Part shown: in pieces, positions 25,245-34,634 of the stretch
How the letters are laid out: each line of letters opens with the position of its first letter
How positions within the stretch are numbered: the stretch's first letter is position 1
Assembly (NCBI GenBank): GCA_029263215.1
Contig: JAJCXY010000053.1
Coordinates: 76,417 to 140,416, forward strand
DNA length: 64,000 nt
Direction: 5' to 3'
From: Acidimicrobiales bacterium
Lineage (GTDB): Bacteria; Actinomycetota; Acidimicrobiia; Acidimicrobiales; Aldehydirespiratoraceae
Made by a program: the position numbers and the translations under genes
The notes under the pieces: generated by a model
What the model saw: only the letters and a program-made list of their open reading frames with translations
What the model was told of the DNA's origin: nothing
Databases searched by the model: none

Positions 25245-26774
25245 GTGCCCCGGCCGTCGATGCGTTTCGCCCCACCCAGCACCGGCGACCTGATCGCCGG
25301 CGTCTCGGTGGCCCTCGTGGCCATTCCCCAGTCCCTGGCCTACGCGGAACTTGCCGGGCTCCCTGCCCAGTACGGCCTGTTCGCCTCCGCCCTGCCTTCG
25401 CTCATTGCCGCCGCGTTCGTGTCGTCCAGGTATCTGCAGACCGGCCCGGTGGCGCTCACCGCGCTGCTCACCTTCGGCGCGCTTGAGAGCCTCGCTGAGC
25501 CCGCGTCCACCAGCTACATCGAACTGGCCGCGCTCCTAGCCCTGATGGTTGGGCTCATGCGGGTCGGCCTCGGTCTGCTGCGCCTCGGCAGGGTGGCCTA
25601 CCTGCTGTCTGAGCCGGTCCTGCTCGGCTTCACCAGCGGCGCGGCGGTGTTGATCCTTTCGTCTCAGCTCCCCAAGGTCTTCGACGTGGCGCCCGCCGGC
25701 GACGGTGTGTTGCAGGACGCGTTTCAGGCGCTCGTCCACCCCGGCGATTGGCACTGGGAGGCACTCGCGTTCTCCGCCCTCACCCTGATAGCGGTGTTCG
25801 GCGGCCGTCGCGTCCACCGACTGTTCCCCGGGGTCCTGCTGGCAGTCGTTGCCGGCGTGCTCATCAGTGGTGGCACCGGCTACGACGGTTCAACCGTGGG
25901 CGAACTCGATGGGGGATTCGTTTCCCTCGGGTTTGATTTCCCGTGGGATTCAGCGGGCGACCTCGCTATCCCTGCACTCGCCATCGCGCTTGTCGGGTTT
26001 GCCGAGCCGTCGTCGATTGCCCGCACCTTTGCGGCCGAGGATCGTCTTCCCTGGAACGCCAACCGAGAGATGTTCAGCCAGGGTGTGGCCAACCTCGCCG
26101 CCGGGATCTCAGGTGCGTTCCCCGTAGGAGGCTCGTTCTCGAGGAGCTCCCTCAACCGCCTGGCCGGCGCCACCAGCCCCTGGGCCGGCGCGATCACGGG
26201 GGGATTCGTGCTTCTCGCTCTCCCGCTGACGCCGATCTTGGAGGATCTGCCTCGGGCGATCCTCGGTGCCATCGTGGTCGGCGCCGTTCTCAAGCTCATC
26301 AAGCTTCGTGAGCTCTACGACCTGATCGCCCAATCGGGCCTCCAGGCAGTCGTCGGTATCGGCACGTTCGTCGCGACGCTGGCCTCAGCCCCCCGAGTGG
26401 AGCGCGGTGTGCTCATAGGCATCGGTCTGGCGCTGGCCGCTCATCTCTACCGCGAGATGTCGGTGTCCACCGAAAGCAAGAGGAGTGGCGACACGCTCAC
26501 CGTGTCACCCCAGGGTGTGCTCTGGTTCGCGGCCGTGCCCCAGATCGAACGGCTCATTCGCAACGAACTCGCCAATGCGCCCGACCTCGACCGGGTCGTG
26601 ATCGACCTCGGTGCGGTCGGGCGACTCGACTACTCGGGGGCCGCAGCGCTCGGCCGGATCATCGAGGAACTGCGCCAGGCGGGTGTGGAGGTGAATGTCA
26701 CAAACGTCAAGCCGGGATCAGAGCGCAGCGTGCGCGCGCACCTCGACGGTAACCCAGACCCGCCACCCGACTGA
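25245..26774 (+). CDS. SulP-family anion transporter with a STAS domain (second copy)
   Basis: 509-aa ORF with a GTG start. Contains DLIAGVSVALVAIPQSLAYAELAGLP, and a C-terminal STAS domain (VVIDLGAVGRLDYSGAAAL). Confidence 0.88.
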   Translation: MPRPSMRFAPPSTGDLIAGVSVALVAIPQSLAYAELAGLPAQYGLFASALPSLIAAAFVSSRYLQTGPVALTALLTFGALESLAEPASTSYIELAALLALMVGLMRVGLGLLRLGRVAYLLSEPVLLGFTSGAAVLILSSQLPKVFDVAPAGDGVLQDAFQALVHPGDWHWEALAFSALTLIAVFGGRRVHRLFPGVLLAVVAGVLISGGTGYDGSTVGELDGGFVSLGFDFPWDSAGDLAIPALAIALVGFAEPSSIARTFAAEDRLPWNANREMFSQGVANLAAGISGAFPVGGSFSRSSLNRLAGATSPWAGAITGGFVLLALPLTPILEDLPRAILGAIVVGAVLKLIKLRELYDLIAQSGLQAVVGIGTFVATLASAPRVERGVLIGIGLALAAHLYREMSVSTESKRSGDTLTVSPQGVLWFAAVPQIERLIRNELANAPDLDRVVIDLGAVGRLDYSGAAALGRIIEELRQAGVEVNVTNVKPGSERSVRAHLDGNPDPPPD

Positions 26775-26817
26775 TCCCGTCGGGAAGTAGCAGCGGAGCC
26801 AGTGGGTTTCTGCCCAC

Positions 26818-27525
26818 ATGGCGACCAGCATCACTCGATTGGGGACCCAACTCTCTCGCTACGGCACTTGGCTCGCCTGTTGCTTGAGCCGTGGCCCCAA
26901 GGCCCCGCTCACCAAGGGCGATGTGGAAGACCTGGCGGCGGAGATGGGTGAGGACTGCTACGCGGGTGGAACCCTCGTCTTCCAGAGGGGCGACCCCGCC
27001 GCGCGCGTGCACGTGGTGCGTTCCGGCACGATCGAACTGTCGCGCACCATGAATGGTCGTCGGGTGATGCTCCAGCTGCTGCACCCCGGCGATGTTTTCG
27101 GCGATGTGCCCGCCCTGCTCGGCGACGTCGAACCCTTCGATGCCCGCGCGGTCAACGACGCTACGGTTCTGTCGATCGAGTCCGGCGCCCTCATGGATCT
27201 ACTCCAGACGAGACCCCACGTGGCCCATCGCTGGTTCGTGTCGCTTGCAGAGCGTATGGCGGGGCTCCAGTCCCGTCTGGTCGACCTCCTGGCGGGCGGA
27301 CTCGAGTCGCAGGTCGCTTCGATCCTGTTGCGTGAAGCCGGTGATGGGGTGGAGGTTCGGCTCACCCACGGCCAACTCGGCGAGATGCTCGGTACACCGA
27401 GGGCCAGCGTTCAGCGGGTGCTCAAGTCGCTCGAGGCGGCCGGCCTGATCGCATTGCACTATCGCCGAATCGAACTCACCGACCCGACGGGCCTTCTCTC
27501 ACTGGTGGTCGAGGAAGAAGTGTGA
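26818..27525 (+). CDS. Crp/Fnr-family transcriptional regulator
   Basis: 235-aa ORF. The cNMP-binding-like beta-roll is GTLVFQRGDPAARVHVVRSGTIEL...GDVFGDVPAL. The C-terminal HTH is THGQLGEMLGTPRASVQRVLKSLEAAGLI. Confidence 0.85.
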   Translation: MATSITRLGTQLSRYGTWLACCLSRGPKAPLTKGDVEDLAAEMGEDCYAGGTLVFQRGDPAARVHVVRSGTIELSRTMNGRRVMLQLLHPGDVFGDVPALLGDVEPFDARAVNDATVLSIESGALMDLLQTRPHVAHRWFVSLAERMAGLQSRLVDLLAGGLESQVASILLREAGDGVEVRLTHGQLGEMLGTPRASVQRVLKSLEAAGLIALHYRRIELTDPTGLLSLVVEEEV

Positions 27526-27559
27526 CCGTCGCCCATGCGCATGTGCATCACGGGAATTG

Positions 27560-27579
27560 ATTGCCACATATGTCGCAAT
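27560..27579. promoter_or_regulatory. Near-perfect 20-bp palindrome ATTGCCACATATGTCGCAAT in the AT-rich region upstream of the membrane-protein pair
   Basis: 18 of 20 positions are self-complementary. It lies 85 nt upstream of the ATG at 27664 and 35 nt downstream of the Crp/Fnr stop. Confidence 0.5.
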
Positions 27580-27663
27580 AGAGGCAATTGGGAGACCGAA
27601 GTGCTGTTTTCTAACTCGTAGGTCCTCGTTGGGGGACATCGACATGAGAACAAGGAGAAAGTT

Positions 27664-28617
27664 ATGACAGCAGCGCTGCGACTTGCCTCCCGGCCCGGAC
27701 CGGCCGTGGACGGCTCGCAACCATCGAAATACCGAACCGTCGGTATCGCTCTGGCCTTTGTAGGGCTAATGGGTGCCACGGCATCGGTGATCGGCAACTT
27801 CGTCGCCGCCGGCGGGATCGACGCCGAGAACTCTTACGCCGAGACACTGGCGTGGACGTTCGGACTCTCGATCTTCTCGTTTGGCGTCATCAAGATCGCG
27901 ATTGCGATCATCTTGATGGGGATCATCGTGCGCCTCTGGCACAGGGTGGATGCCATCAAGGAGTCGATGGCTCTTCTGCACGGCCACAGCGAAGAGGCCC
28001 CCCGGGTCGTTTCCGGCGATGTCGATACCGACTGGGGGGCGGCGACGGTGAGCGAGAAGTCACCGGAGCTCCTTCCCATCCACAAGATGGCCCGCCTCAT
28101 GTGGAGGCCGATGCTCGCCATGGGTGCCATGGCCCTCACCGCCGGGCTCATCAGCTCGTTCGTGTGGGCCGGCGAAACGCCCGGTAGCGAATCGGCTCGT
28201 GAGGCGCTGGCATTCACCCAGGGCATCGAATTCCTCGGAGAGGCTCTGCTCCTGTCGGGGATCGCCTTCCTCCTCGGAACGATCATGGCCGGACTCCGCG
28301 AGGGCGGCGGTGAGGTTCAGTCGAGCCTCGGTATCCCCGTCACCACCCTCAAGATGCCGGCAACCGCAAAGGCATTCGTTGCCCTCATGATGATGGGCCT
28401 GATGGTGGGCATCGCCCAGTTCATCGGCTATCTGATCATGATCGGCAAGTCCGACGATCCCGCCAGCTTCCAGGCCTGGGGCAACTTCATGGGTCCGTTC
28501 CGTGAGCTCGCCCTCGGGCTGATCCTCGCCGGGATCGTCCTCGCCCTCGTCACCATCGGCAATGTGCTGGCTTTCCAGTTCAGCCGCATCAAGTCCATCG
28601 TTCGCACCGGCTACTGA
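27664..28617 (+). CDS. Integral membrane protein of unknown family (about 6 TM, built from three 2-TM modules)
   Basis: 317-aa ORF with a strong RBS (AAGGAGAA) 7 nt upstream. It has hydrophobic helices and a Met-rich TM segment, ALMMMGLMVG. It is paralogous to the next gene. Confidence 0.75.
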   Translation: MTAALRLASRPGPAVDGSQPSKYRTVGIALAFVGLMGATASVIGNFVAAGGIDAENSYAETLAWTFGLSIFSFGVIKIAIAIILMGIIVRLWHRVDAIKESMALLHGHSEEAPRVVSGDVDTDWGAATVSEKSPELLPIHKMARLMWRPMLAMGAMALTAGLISSFVWAGETPGSESAREALAFTQGIEFLGEALLLSGIAFLLGTIMAGLREGGGEVQSSLGIPVTTLKMPATAKAFVALMMMGLMVGIAQFIGYLIMIGKSDDPASFQAWGNFMGPFRELALGLILAGIVLALVTIGNVLAFQFSRIKSIVRTGY

Positions 28618-28643
28618 GCCGGGCCCAGATCAGGAGAATCATC

Positions 28644-29318
28644 ATGGCAACTCAAACCACAACCGCCAAGAGGCCCGCAGCTCCCAAGACCGAGCGGCCC
28701 GACGGCTTCCAGATTGCAACCACCGAAGAATCCCCCGGCTACAACGCCCCCCAGCGAATGGGCCGCAAGCTGTGGCTCCCCATGTTTGCCATGGCGCTGA
28801 TGGGCTGGACCGTCGGGATCATCCTGGCTGCCGTCGAGGCGGGCACCGATCGCAGCGACGTCAACGCCCTCCAGGACCTCGGCCATCTCGTGCCGGCGTT
28901 CATGTTCATCGGGTTCCTAAGCGTGTTCGCGTCGATCAGTTTCGCTGTGGCCCGCATCCTCGGCGCCTTCCGTAAGGGCGGCGGCGAGGTCCAGAACACC
29001 GCCGGGTCGCCCGTTCAGACCCTCACGATGCCCCCCACCGCCAAGGCGATGCTGGGCTTCATGATGATGGGGATGATGGTGATGGCCGCAGGCATCGTGG
29101 TGAACTTCATCGGAGCCGGCTCCTACGACGGCAGCACTGCGGCCGACATCATCGACTCGGCGTCGCTCGGAGCGCTGGGCGGTGGCCTGCGTCGGATGGG
29201 CGTAGCCCTCTACCTCACCGGCATCGCCTTGGGTCTCGGCACCATCATCGAGGTGTTGCGGTTCCAGTCGATCCGGATCCGTGAGGTGGCCACCCACTAC
29301 GGACACCAGCACAACTGA
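28644..29318 (+). CDS. Integral membrane protein, a 4-TM paralogue of the preceding gene
   Basis: 224-aa ORF with RBS AGGAGA. Shared blocks: RKGGGEVQNTAGSPVQTLTMPPTAKAMLGFMMMGMMV versus REGGGEVQSSLGIPVTTLKMPATAKAFVALMMMGLMV, and VLRFQSIRIREV versus LAFQFSRIKSIV. Confidence 0.75.
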   Translation: MATQTTTAKRPAAPKTERPDGFQIATTEESPGYNAPQRMGRKLWLPMFAMALMGWTVGIILAAVEAGTDRSDVNALQDLGHLVPAFMFIGFLSVFASISFAVARILGAFRKGGGEVQNTAGSPVQTLTMPPTAKAMLGFMMMGMMVMAAGIVVNFIGAGSYDGSTAADIIDSASLGALGGGLRRMGVALYLTGIALGLGTIIEVLRFQSIRIREVATHYGHQHN

Positions 29319-29331
29319 GTGCTGCTCCTAA

Positions 29332-29389
29332 CCTGATCATTGATCAGGAGCTCGACGCGGAGGCCCGACTGCAATAGCGGTTGGGCCTC
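29332..29389. terminator. Two inverted repeats between convergent genes, forming a possible bidirectional terminator region
   Basis: CCTGATCA-T-TGATCAGG (29332..29348), and GAGGCCC-16 nt-GGGCCTC (29360..29389). There is no clear U-tract. Confidence 0.35.
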
Positions 29390-29404
29390 TCGGCGCGTCT
29401 CGGC

Positions 29405-30625
29405 TCAGGTGCTCTCCACCACGAAGCACGCGGTGGTGGCGGTGCTCCCTCCGATATTGAGGGTGGCGCCACGGCGGGCACCATCGACCTGATAGTCGCC
29501 GGCGGTGGCCGAGACCTGCTTCGCCGCATCCACCAGCATCCGGGCGCCGGTGGCCCCGACCGGGTGACCTCCACCGATCAGGCCGCCGCTCGGGTTTACG
29601 GGAATGCTCCCGTCGCGTTCGAGCGAACCGTCCTCGACCGCCTTCCAACTCTCACCCGGCGCGGTGATCCCGAAATGGTCGATCGCCATGTACTCCGACG
29701 GCGTCATGCAATCGTGGGTCTCGATTAGGTCGAGTTCTGCGGCCCCTTCGATACCGGCCCTCGCGAACGCGTCGGTGATGGCCCGGCGCACATGGGGCAT
29801 CACGTATGCGTTGCCGGCGGAGCGTTCGAGCTTCTGGTCGATCGGTAGGCCAACGGTGCTGTGGCCCCAGCCCGTGATCCGGGCCTGCCCCGTACTGCCG
29901 CGGTTGGCATCGAGCCAGCTGTCAGAGACCAGGACCAAGCCGGCGGCACCGTCGGTGATCTGGGTGACGTCGTTGCGGCGGAGTCGGCCGTGAACAACTG
30001 GGTTGACGTGATCGTCGGTACCGAAGGAGTCGGATGTGAAGTGCCAGTCGCGGGTCTGGGCGTTGGGGTTGTCCTTGGCATTTCGAAGGTTGAGTTCGCC
30101 GATCGCTCGGAGGTGTGCATCATCGATACCGAAACGCGCGTCGTACTCCTCGGCCACCCGGTCGAATGCGTAGGGCCAGAAGAAGTCGATGCCTTCGGTT
30201 TCGCGACCCACCCATGCGGCCGCGGTCTGAACGCTGGCGGCCTGCGCCCCGGGCATGTTCTTCTCCTGCTCCACGCCGAGTACGAGGACGCAGTCGTAGC
30301 GGCCTGCTTCGATCTCGGCCATGGCCGACAGCACCGCCATCGAAGACGATGCGCAGGCTGCTTCGTGGCGCATGCTCGGTACGCCCCACAGCTCGGGGAC
30401 GACGGTGGCCGGCATTGCGCCGAGGTGGCCCTGGCCGTTGTAGAGCTGTCCGAAGGCGTTGCCCACGTGGATGCTCTCGAGCTGTTGGGGTTCGATACCC
30501 GACGCGGCGAGGGTGGCGGTGACCGCCTCGCGGACGAGGTCGGCCACGTCGGAGTGGTTCTTGGCTATGTTCACGGCGAAGTCGGTCTGATGCCCGCCCA
30601 GGATCGTGATGCTCGTCTTCGTCAC
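29405..30625 (-). CDS. Thiolase-family protein (acetyl-CoA acetyltransferase / SCP-x-type thiolase)
   Basis: 406-aa ORF. The active-site Cys context is HEAACASSSMAV. The C-terminus has NPSGGLIGGGHPVGATG and the GGSTAT region. Confidence 0.85.
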   Translation of the reverse strand: MTKTSITILGGHQTDFAVNIAKNHSDVADLVREAVTATLAASGIEPQQLESIHVGNAFGQLYNGQGHLGAMPATVVPELWGVPSMRHEAACASSSMAVLSAMAEIEAGRYDCVLVLGVEQEKNMPGAQAASVQTAAAWVGRETEGIDFFWPYAFDRVAEEYDARFGIDDAHLRAIGELNLRNAKDNPNAQTRDWHFTSDSFGTDDHVNPVVHGRLRRNDVTQITDGAAGLVLVSDSWLDANRGSTGQARITGWGHSTVGLPIDQKLERSAGNAYVMPHVRRAITDAFARAGIEGAAELDLIETHDCMTPSEYMAIDHFGITAPGESWKAVEDGSLERDGSIPVNPSGGLIGGGHPVGATGARMLVDAAKQVSATAGDYQVDGARRGATLNIGGSTATTACFVVEST

Positions 30626-30696
30626 GGCTTGGCCCCCGATCGGGTGTGAGCATGCCAGAGTAGTGCCGCTGAGACACTGAGCTGAGGGAGATTCAC

Positions 30697-32163
30697 ATGA
30701 AAGTGGATGTTCGCGAAACCTTCGAGTCGGGCCTACCGCCCGACGACGGTCACCCCTACCGCACCGGCGTCTGGCGGCCCCAACACACCGAGTACGACGC
30801 CTGGGACCTCGACGTCGAGGGCACGATCCCCGACGACCTCAACGGCGTCTACATTCGAAACACCGAGAATCCGGTATTCGAGCCGATCCACCGCTACCAC
30901 CCCTTCGATGGCGATGGCATGTTGCACTCGATCTCCTTCGACAACGGCGAGGCCCGCTACTCCAACCGTTTCGTACGCACCGAGGCCTTTCTCGCCGAGC
31001 AGGAGGCGAAGCGGAGCCTTTGGGCCGGAATCACCGAACGCCCTTCCGACGCCATCGCCGAGCACGGGTGGGGTGCCCGCACGATGATGAAGGACAACGC
31101 CAGCACCGACGTGATCGTGCACCGGGGTGAGGCCCTCGCCAGCTTCTACCAGTGCGGTGAGCTCTACCGCCTCGACCCCATCACTCTCGAAACGCTCGGC
31201 ACCAGTGAGTGGGGAGGCCGCTTCCCGGCCGAAGGGGTGTCGGCGCATCCCCGCGTTGACGAGCACACCGGCGAGCTGCTGTTCTTCAACTATCACGCCC
31301 ATGCCCCCTACATGCACTACGGGGTTCTGAGCGCGGAGGGTGACCTCGTCACCTATGTCGACATCCCGCTGCCCGGGCCTCGGCTACCCCACGACATGAT
31401 GTTCACCGAGAACTGGACGATCCTCAACGACCTGCCCCTCTTCTGGGACCCCGATGCTCTCGCCGACGGGCACTACTCCAACACCTTCCGAAGGGACCTG
31501 CCGAGTCGTTTCGCGGTGATTCCCCGCCACGGCACCACCGACGACATCAGGTGGTTCGAAGCCGACCCCACCTTCGTCCTGCACTGGACCAATGCCTATG
31601 AGGACGGCGACGAGATAGTGCTCGACGGCTTCTTCCAACACAACCCCACTGCGAGGGGGGTTGATCGGCGCAAGTTCGAGCACAAGGGGTTCGAAACGCT
31701 CGACATGAATGTGCTCGATGCCCGCGCCCATCGCTGGCGCTTCAATCTCGTCACCGGGGTCACCCGCGAGCAGACAATGAGCGACCGGTGTTGTGAATTC
31801 CCGATGGTGAACGGGCGTCACTACGGCCGACGCCACCGCTACTCCTACAACGCTCGTTGTGCCCAGGGCCTGTTCGCTTTCGATGGACTGATCAAGCACG
31901 ATCTGGATACCGGTGTGGAGGAACTCTGGGAGGCACCGGACGGGGTGTTCGTGAGCGAGACGCCGATGGCGCCGCGCGACAACTCCACCGGAGAAGACGA
32001 CGGCTATCTCGTGACCTTCGCGTGCGATGTCGTCAACGACCGATCAGACGCCCTCGTGTTCGATGCCGCCAGCGTCGGCGACGGCCCGATCGCGAAGATC
32101 CGGCTCCCCGAACGCATCAGCAGCGGAACCCACTCCACCTGGGTACCCCGAGGCGACCTCTGA
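30697..32163 (+). CDS. Carotenoid/stilbene cleavage oxygenase (RPE65 family)
   Basis: 488-aa ORF. Contains HPFDGDGMLH, conserved His-bearing blades (SAHPRVD, LHWTNAY, EFPMVN) and a C-terminal RISSGTHSTW. Confidence 0.88.
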   Translation: MKVDVRETFESGLPPDDGHPYRTGVWRPQHTEYDAWDLDVEGTIPDDLNGVYIRNTENPVFEPIHRYHPFDGDGMLHSISFDNGEARYSNRFVRTEAFLAEQEAKRSLWAGITERPSDAIAEHGWGARTMMKDNASTDVIVHRGEALASFYQCGELYRLDPITLETLGTSEWGGRFPAEGVSAHPRVDEHTGELLFFNYHAHAPYMHYGVLSAEGDLVTYVDIPLPGPRLPHDMMFTENWTILNDLPLFWDPDALADGHYSNTFRRDLPSRFAVIPRHGTTDDIRWFEADPTFVLHWTNAYEDGDEIVLDGFFQHNPTARGVDRRKFEHKGFETLDMNVLDARAHRWRFNLVTGVTREQTMSDRCCEFPMVNGRHYGRRHRYSYNARCAQGLFAFDGLIKHDLDTGVEELWEAPDGVFVSETPMAPRDNSTGEDDGYLVTFACDVVNDRSDALVFDAASVGDGPIAKIRLPERISSGTHSTWVPRGDL

Positions 32164-32172
32164 GGATCCGGG

Positions 32173-33138
32173 CTACATCAGACAGGTGTCGTAGTACTGC
32201 ACCTCGGGGCTGAGGCCGCGAGGGTCGGCGCCGATCTCGGCCGACATGTGTATGTGGTAGCGGTCGGCGAGAAGGGTGGTGCCGGCGCCATCCACGATGT
32301 CGTGGACATGGCCGCTCTGGATATCCAGATCGTCGGCGACGCCTGAACCGTCGAGCTCCACCAGGCCCATCAGGACGGTGCCGTCACACATCACGCCGTA
32401 GAGCTCGATCTCGGCTTCACCGGGCACGTCGGTGGTGACCATCTCGAGTTCCATCAGGATCCGTAGCGGACCCGGTGATGCTGCGTGGTAGTGGTACGCC
32501 CCCTGCTGTTGGGGGTGGCCGTCGATCGAGTCGAAGGTGTATTTCTCGTCTTCGATGTCGTCGCCGGGCGCGGCCAGAGGGTTGAAGTAGGCGGCTCCGT
32601 CGAGGGCGACGCCTGCGGGCCCCATCGGGTAATCGGTGCTGTCGCCGGGCACGAGATTCACGGTGCGGCCGTCGATGATCGTGCCTGTGACCGTCGGGTC
32701 GAGGGGGATGCGGATCGTGAAGGTCTCGCCGGCGATCTCGTTGGGGTTGGGGCGGTATTCGTCGCCGCGGGAGTAGTCGAATTCCTCGTACTGCTCGTGG
32801 TCTTCCCCGTAGTAGTAGGACAGATGCGGTGGGAGATTCTCACCGGTTATCACCACCATGTCGCCGTCGAGACTGATGTCTGAGCATCGGAAGTAGGTGG
32901 CGTAGAACGCCGGTATGTCATCGTCTATCGAGGTCTCGCAGTTGATCAGCAACTCGGGGGCGGCTGTGATCGGCTCTGTTGTGTCGTCGGCCGGTTCGGG
33001 CTCGGCGACAGCGGCCGGTTCGGGCTCGGAGACCTGGTCTCCGTCATCGCCGCAGGCCGAGGCCAGCAGGGCGATGCCGAGGAGGGCGATCAGGGTGCTC
33101 TGAAGCTTGGGGATCAACATGATGGGCACGGTAGGCAC
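32173..33138 (-). CDS. YHYH-domain lipoprotein
   Basis: 321-aa ORF with lipobox LLASAC. Contains the GAYHYHAASPG motif and a second His-rich DRYHIHMSAE. Confidence 0.7.
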   Translation of the reverse strand: MPTVPIMLIPKLQSTLIALLGIALLASACGDDGDQVSEPEPAAVAEPEPADDTTEPITAAPELLINCETSIDDDIPAFYATYFRCSDISLDGDMVVITGENLPPHLSYYYGEDHEQYEEFDYSRGDEYRPNPNEIAGETFTIRIPLDPTVTGTIIDGRTVNLVPGDSTDYPMGPAGVALDGAAYFNPLAAPGDDIEDEKYTFDSIDGHPQQQGAYHYHAASPGPLRILMELEMVTTDVPGEAEIELYGVMCDGTVLMGLVELDGSGVADDLDIQSGHVHDIVDGAGTTLLADRYHIHMSAEIGADPRGLSPEVQYYDTCLM

Positions 33139-33179
33139 CGATGTTGAGGATCAAGCAAGAGTCGGGCGACCTTCCCGGA

Positions 33180-34517
33180 TCATGATGCGATGGCGGGCCC
33201 CCGACCGCGGGAAGCGTCGGCGATGGTGCTCACCACCCGCTCGAGGTCGCCGTCGAGCGATCCGATGCTGACCCGGATGTGCTGCTCGGTGGTGGGGTCG
33301 ACGCGAAACGGGGCTCCGGGAGCGACGCCGATGCCGTGGGCCGCGAGCGCGACGACAGCGCGGAGTTCGTCGTCGACTGGAATCCACATATTGAGGCCCA
33401 CGCCGACCACGACAGGCACCCCACGCTGGGCCAGGAGTCGGCCGAGATCGACTCGACGCTGCCGGTAGGTGTCGGCGGCGACCGCCACCAGTTGCTCGGT
33501 GGCGGGATCGGTGAGCATCCCGAGCAGGATCTCCTGGATCAAACGACTGGTCCAGGACGGCCCGAGTTGGCGACGGCGAACGATGTTGCCGATCACTCTG
33601 GCGGGTCCGCCGAGAGCGGCAACGCGAAGGTCGGGGCCGTGCGATTTCGAGAAGCTGTGAATGTGGACGGTGTTGTCGGGGACGTGTTCACCCACGCTGT
33701 GGATCGGCACGCCGGTGGCGCCCGCTGAGTGGTCGTCTTCCACCACAACGGTGCGCGTCCCCGAAACGAGTTCGGCGATGGCCTTCGCCCGATCGGCGGA
33801 AGTGTGCACCCCCGTGGGGTTGTTGGCGCGCGGTTGGGTGAGGATGGCCACAGGGTCGGAGGTCATCGTGGCGCGGATCGACTCGAGATCGGGGCCTTCG
33901 CCATCGAGGGGAACACCCACGATTCGCGCCCCTGCGAGCTCCAACATGTCGAGCATCGGCGGGAAGGTGGGGTCCTCGACGATCACCGTGTCTCCGAGAC
34001 TGACCAGTTCTTTGATGACACGATCGAGCGCGTCCTGAGCGCCATCGACAACGGTGATGGCGCCCTGGTCGAAAGGCCACCGACGACGAAGCTCGTCCTC
34101 GAGAGCCACGAGCACCGGCGGGTCGACGTAGGAGGTGACGGCCACATCGGCGTGGAGGCGTTGGAGGACCGGCCCAATAGGCGGCAGGAGGCTCCGGTCG
34201 GGGGTGCCCGTGCTGAGATCGAGTTCGATGGTGCCGGGCTCGACCGGAACCTGCCAATAGCGACCCCCGAGCCCGACGCGGGTGGCTCGCACCGTCGTTC
34301 CTCGGCGGCGATCGGTGGTGATTGTTCCGTGAGCCTGGAGGATTCGCCAGGCGTCGGACACCGTGTTGGCGCTCACGCCCAGGTGAACGGCGAGGTTCCT
34401 GACCGTGGGGAGCTTGTCCCCCGAGCTCAGCCGGCCATCGGTGATCAGGGAGCCGATCGCCAACGCGATGCCCTGAGCCGACCGTTCCTCAAGCCTCGCC
34501 GCGATCAGAACTTCCAT
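33180..34517 (-). CDS. MocR/GabR-type regulator (GntR HTH fused to an aminotransferase-like PLP domain)
   Basis: ORF 33180..34559, with the start placed at MEVLIAARLEE (ATG 34517). The N-terminal HTH is LPTVRNLAVHLGVSANTVSDAWRIL. The C-terminal fold-type I domain includes SFSKSHGPDLR, which carries the PLP Lys. Confidence 0.85.
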   Translation of the reverse strand: MEVLIAARLEERSAQGIALAIGSLITDGRLSSGDKLPTVRNLAVHLGVSANTVSDAWRILQAHGTITTDRRRGTTVRATRVGLGGRYWQVPVEPGTIELDLSTGTPDRSLLPPIGPVLQRLHADVAVTSYVDPPVLVALEDELRRRWPFDQGAITVVDGAQDALDRVIKELVSLGDTVIVEDPTFPPMLDMLELAGARIVGVPLDGEGPDLESIRATMTSDPVAILTQPRANNPTGVHTSADRAKAIAELVSGTRTVVVEDDHSAGATGVPIHSVGEHVPDNTVHIHSFSKSHGPDLRVAALGGPARVIGNIVRRRQLGPSWTSRLIQEILLGMLTDPATEQLVAVAADTYRQRRVDLGRLLAQRGVPVVVGVGLNMWIPVDDELRAVVALAAHGIGVAPGAPFRVDPTTEQHIRVSIGSLDGDLERVVSTIADASRGRGPAIAS

Positions 34518-34523
34518 GAGAAA

Positions 34524-34540
34524 CTTTGTATAGAACAAAG
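34524..34540. promoter_or_regulatory. Inverted repeat CTTTGT-ATAGA-ACAAAG plus a nearby CCTTGTAAAGG, a candidate MocR binding region
   Basis: Lies in the AT-rich divergent intergenic region (34518..34634) between the MocR gene and the beta-ureidopropionase operon. Confidence 0.45.
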
Positions 34541-34634
34541 AGAACCTTGTAAAGGGCACCGGAGTTCAAATAACGTCGCAAGCGCAGGGGGCGTCCCCGG
34601 CTGCACCCACAGATCCCGAGCCCCGGAGGCAACC

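Noticed and set aside
33729-34634. The 5' extension that makes the beta-ureidopropionase ORF 582 aa long. Similar N-terminal extensions occur in ORFs 46377..48752, 45877..47109, 51050..51709 and 48652..49686.
   Set aside because: The extensions are open only because stop codons are rare at this GC content. They overlap real genes on the other strand or in another frame and have Arg/Gly/Pro-rich nonsense composition. In each case a conserved N-terminus begins at an internal start that is coupled to the upstream stop codon.
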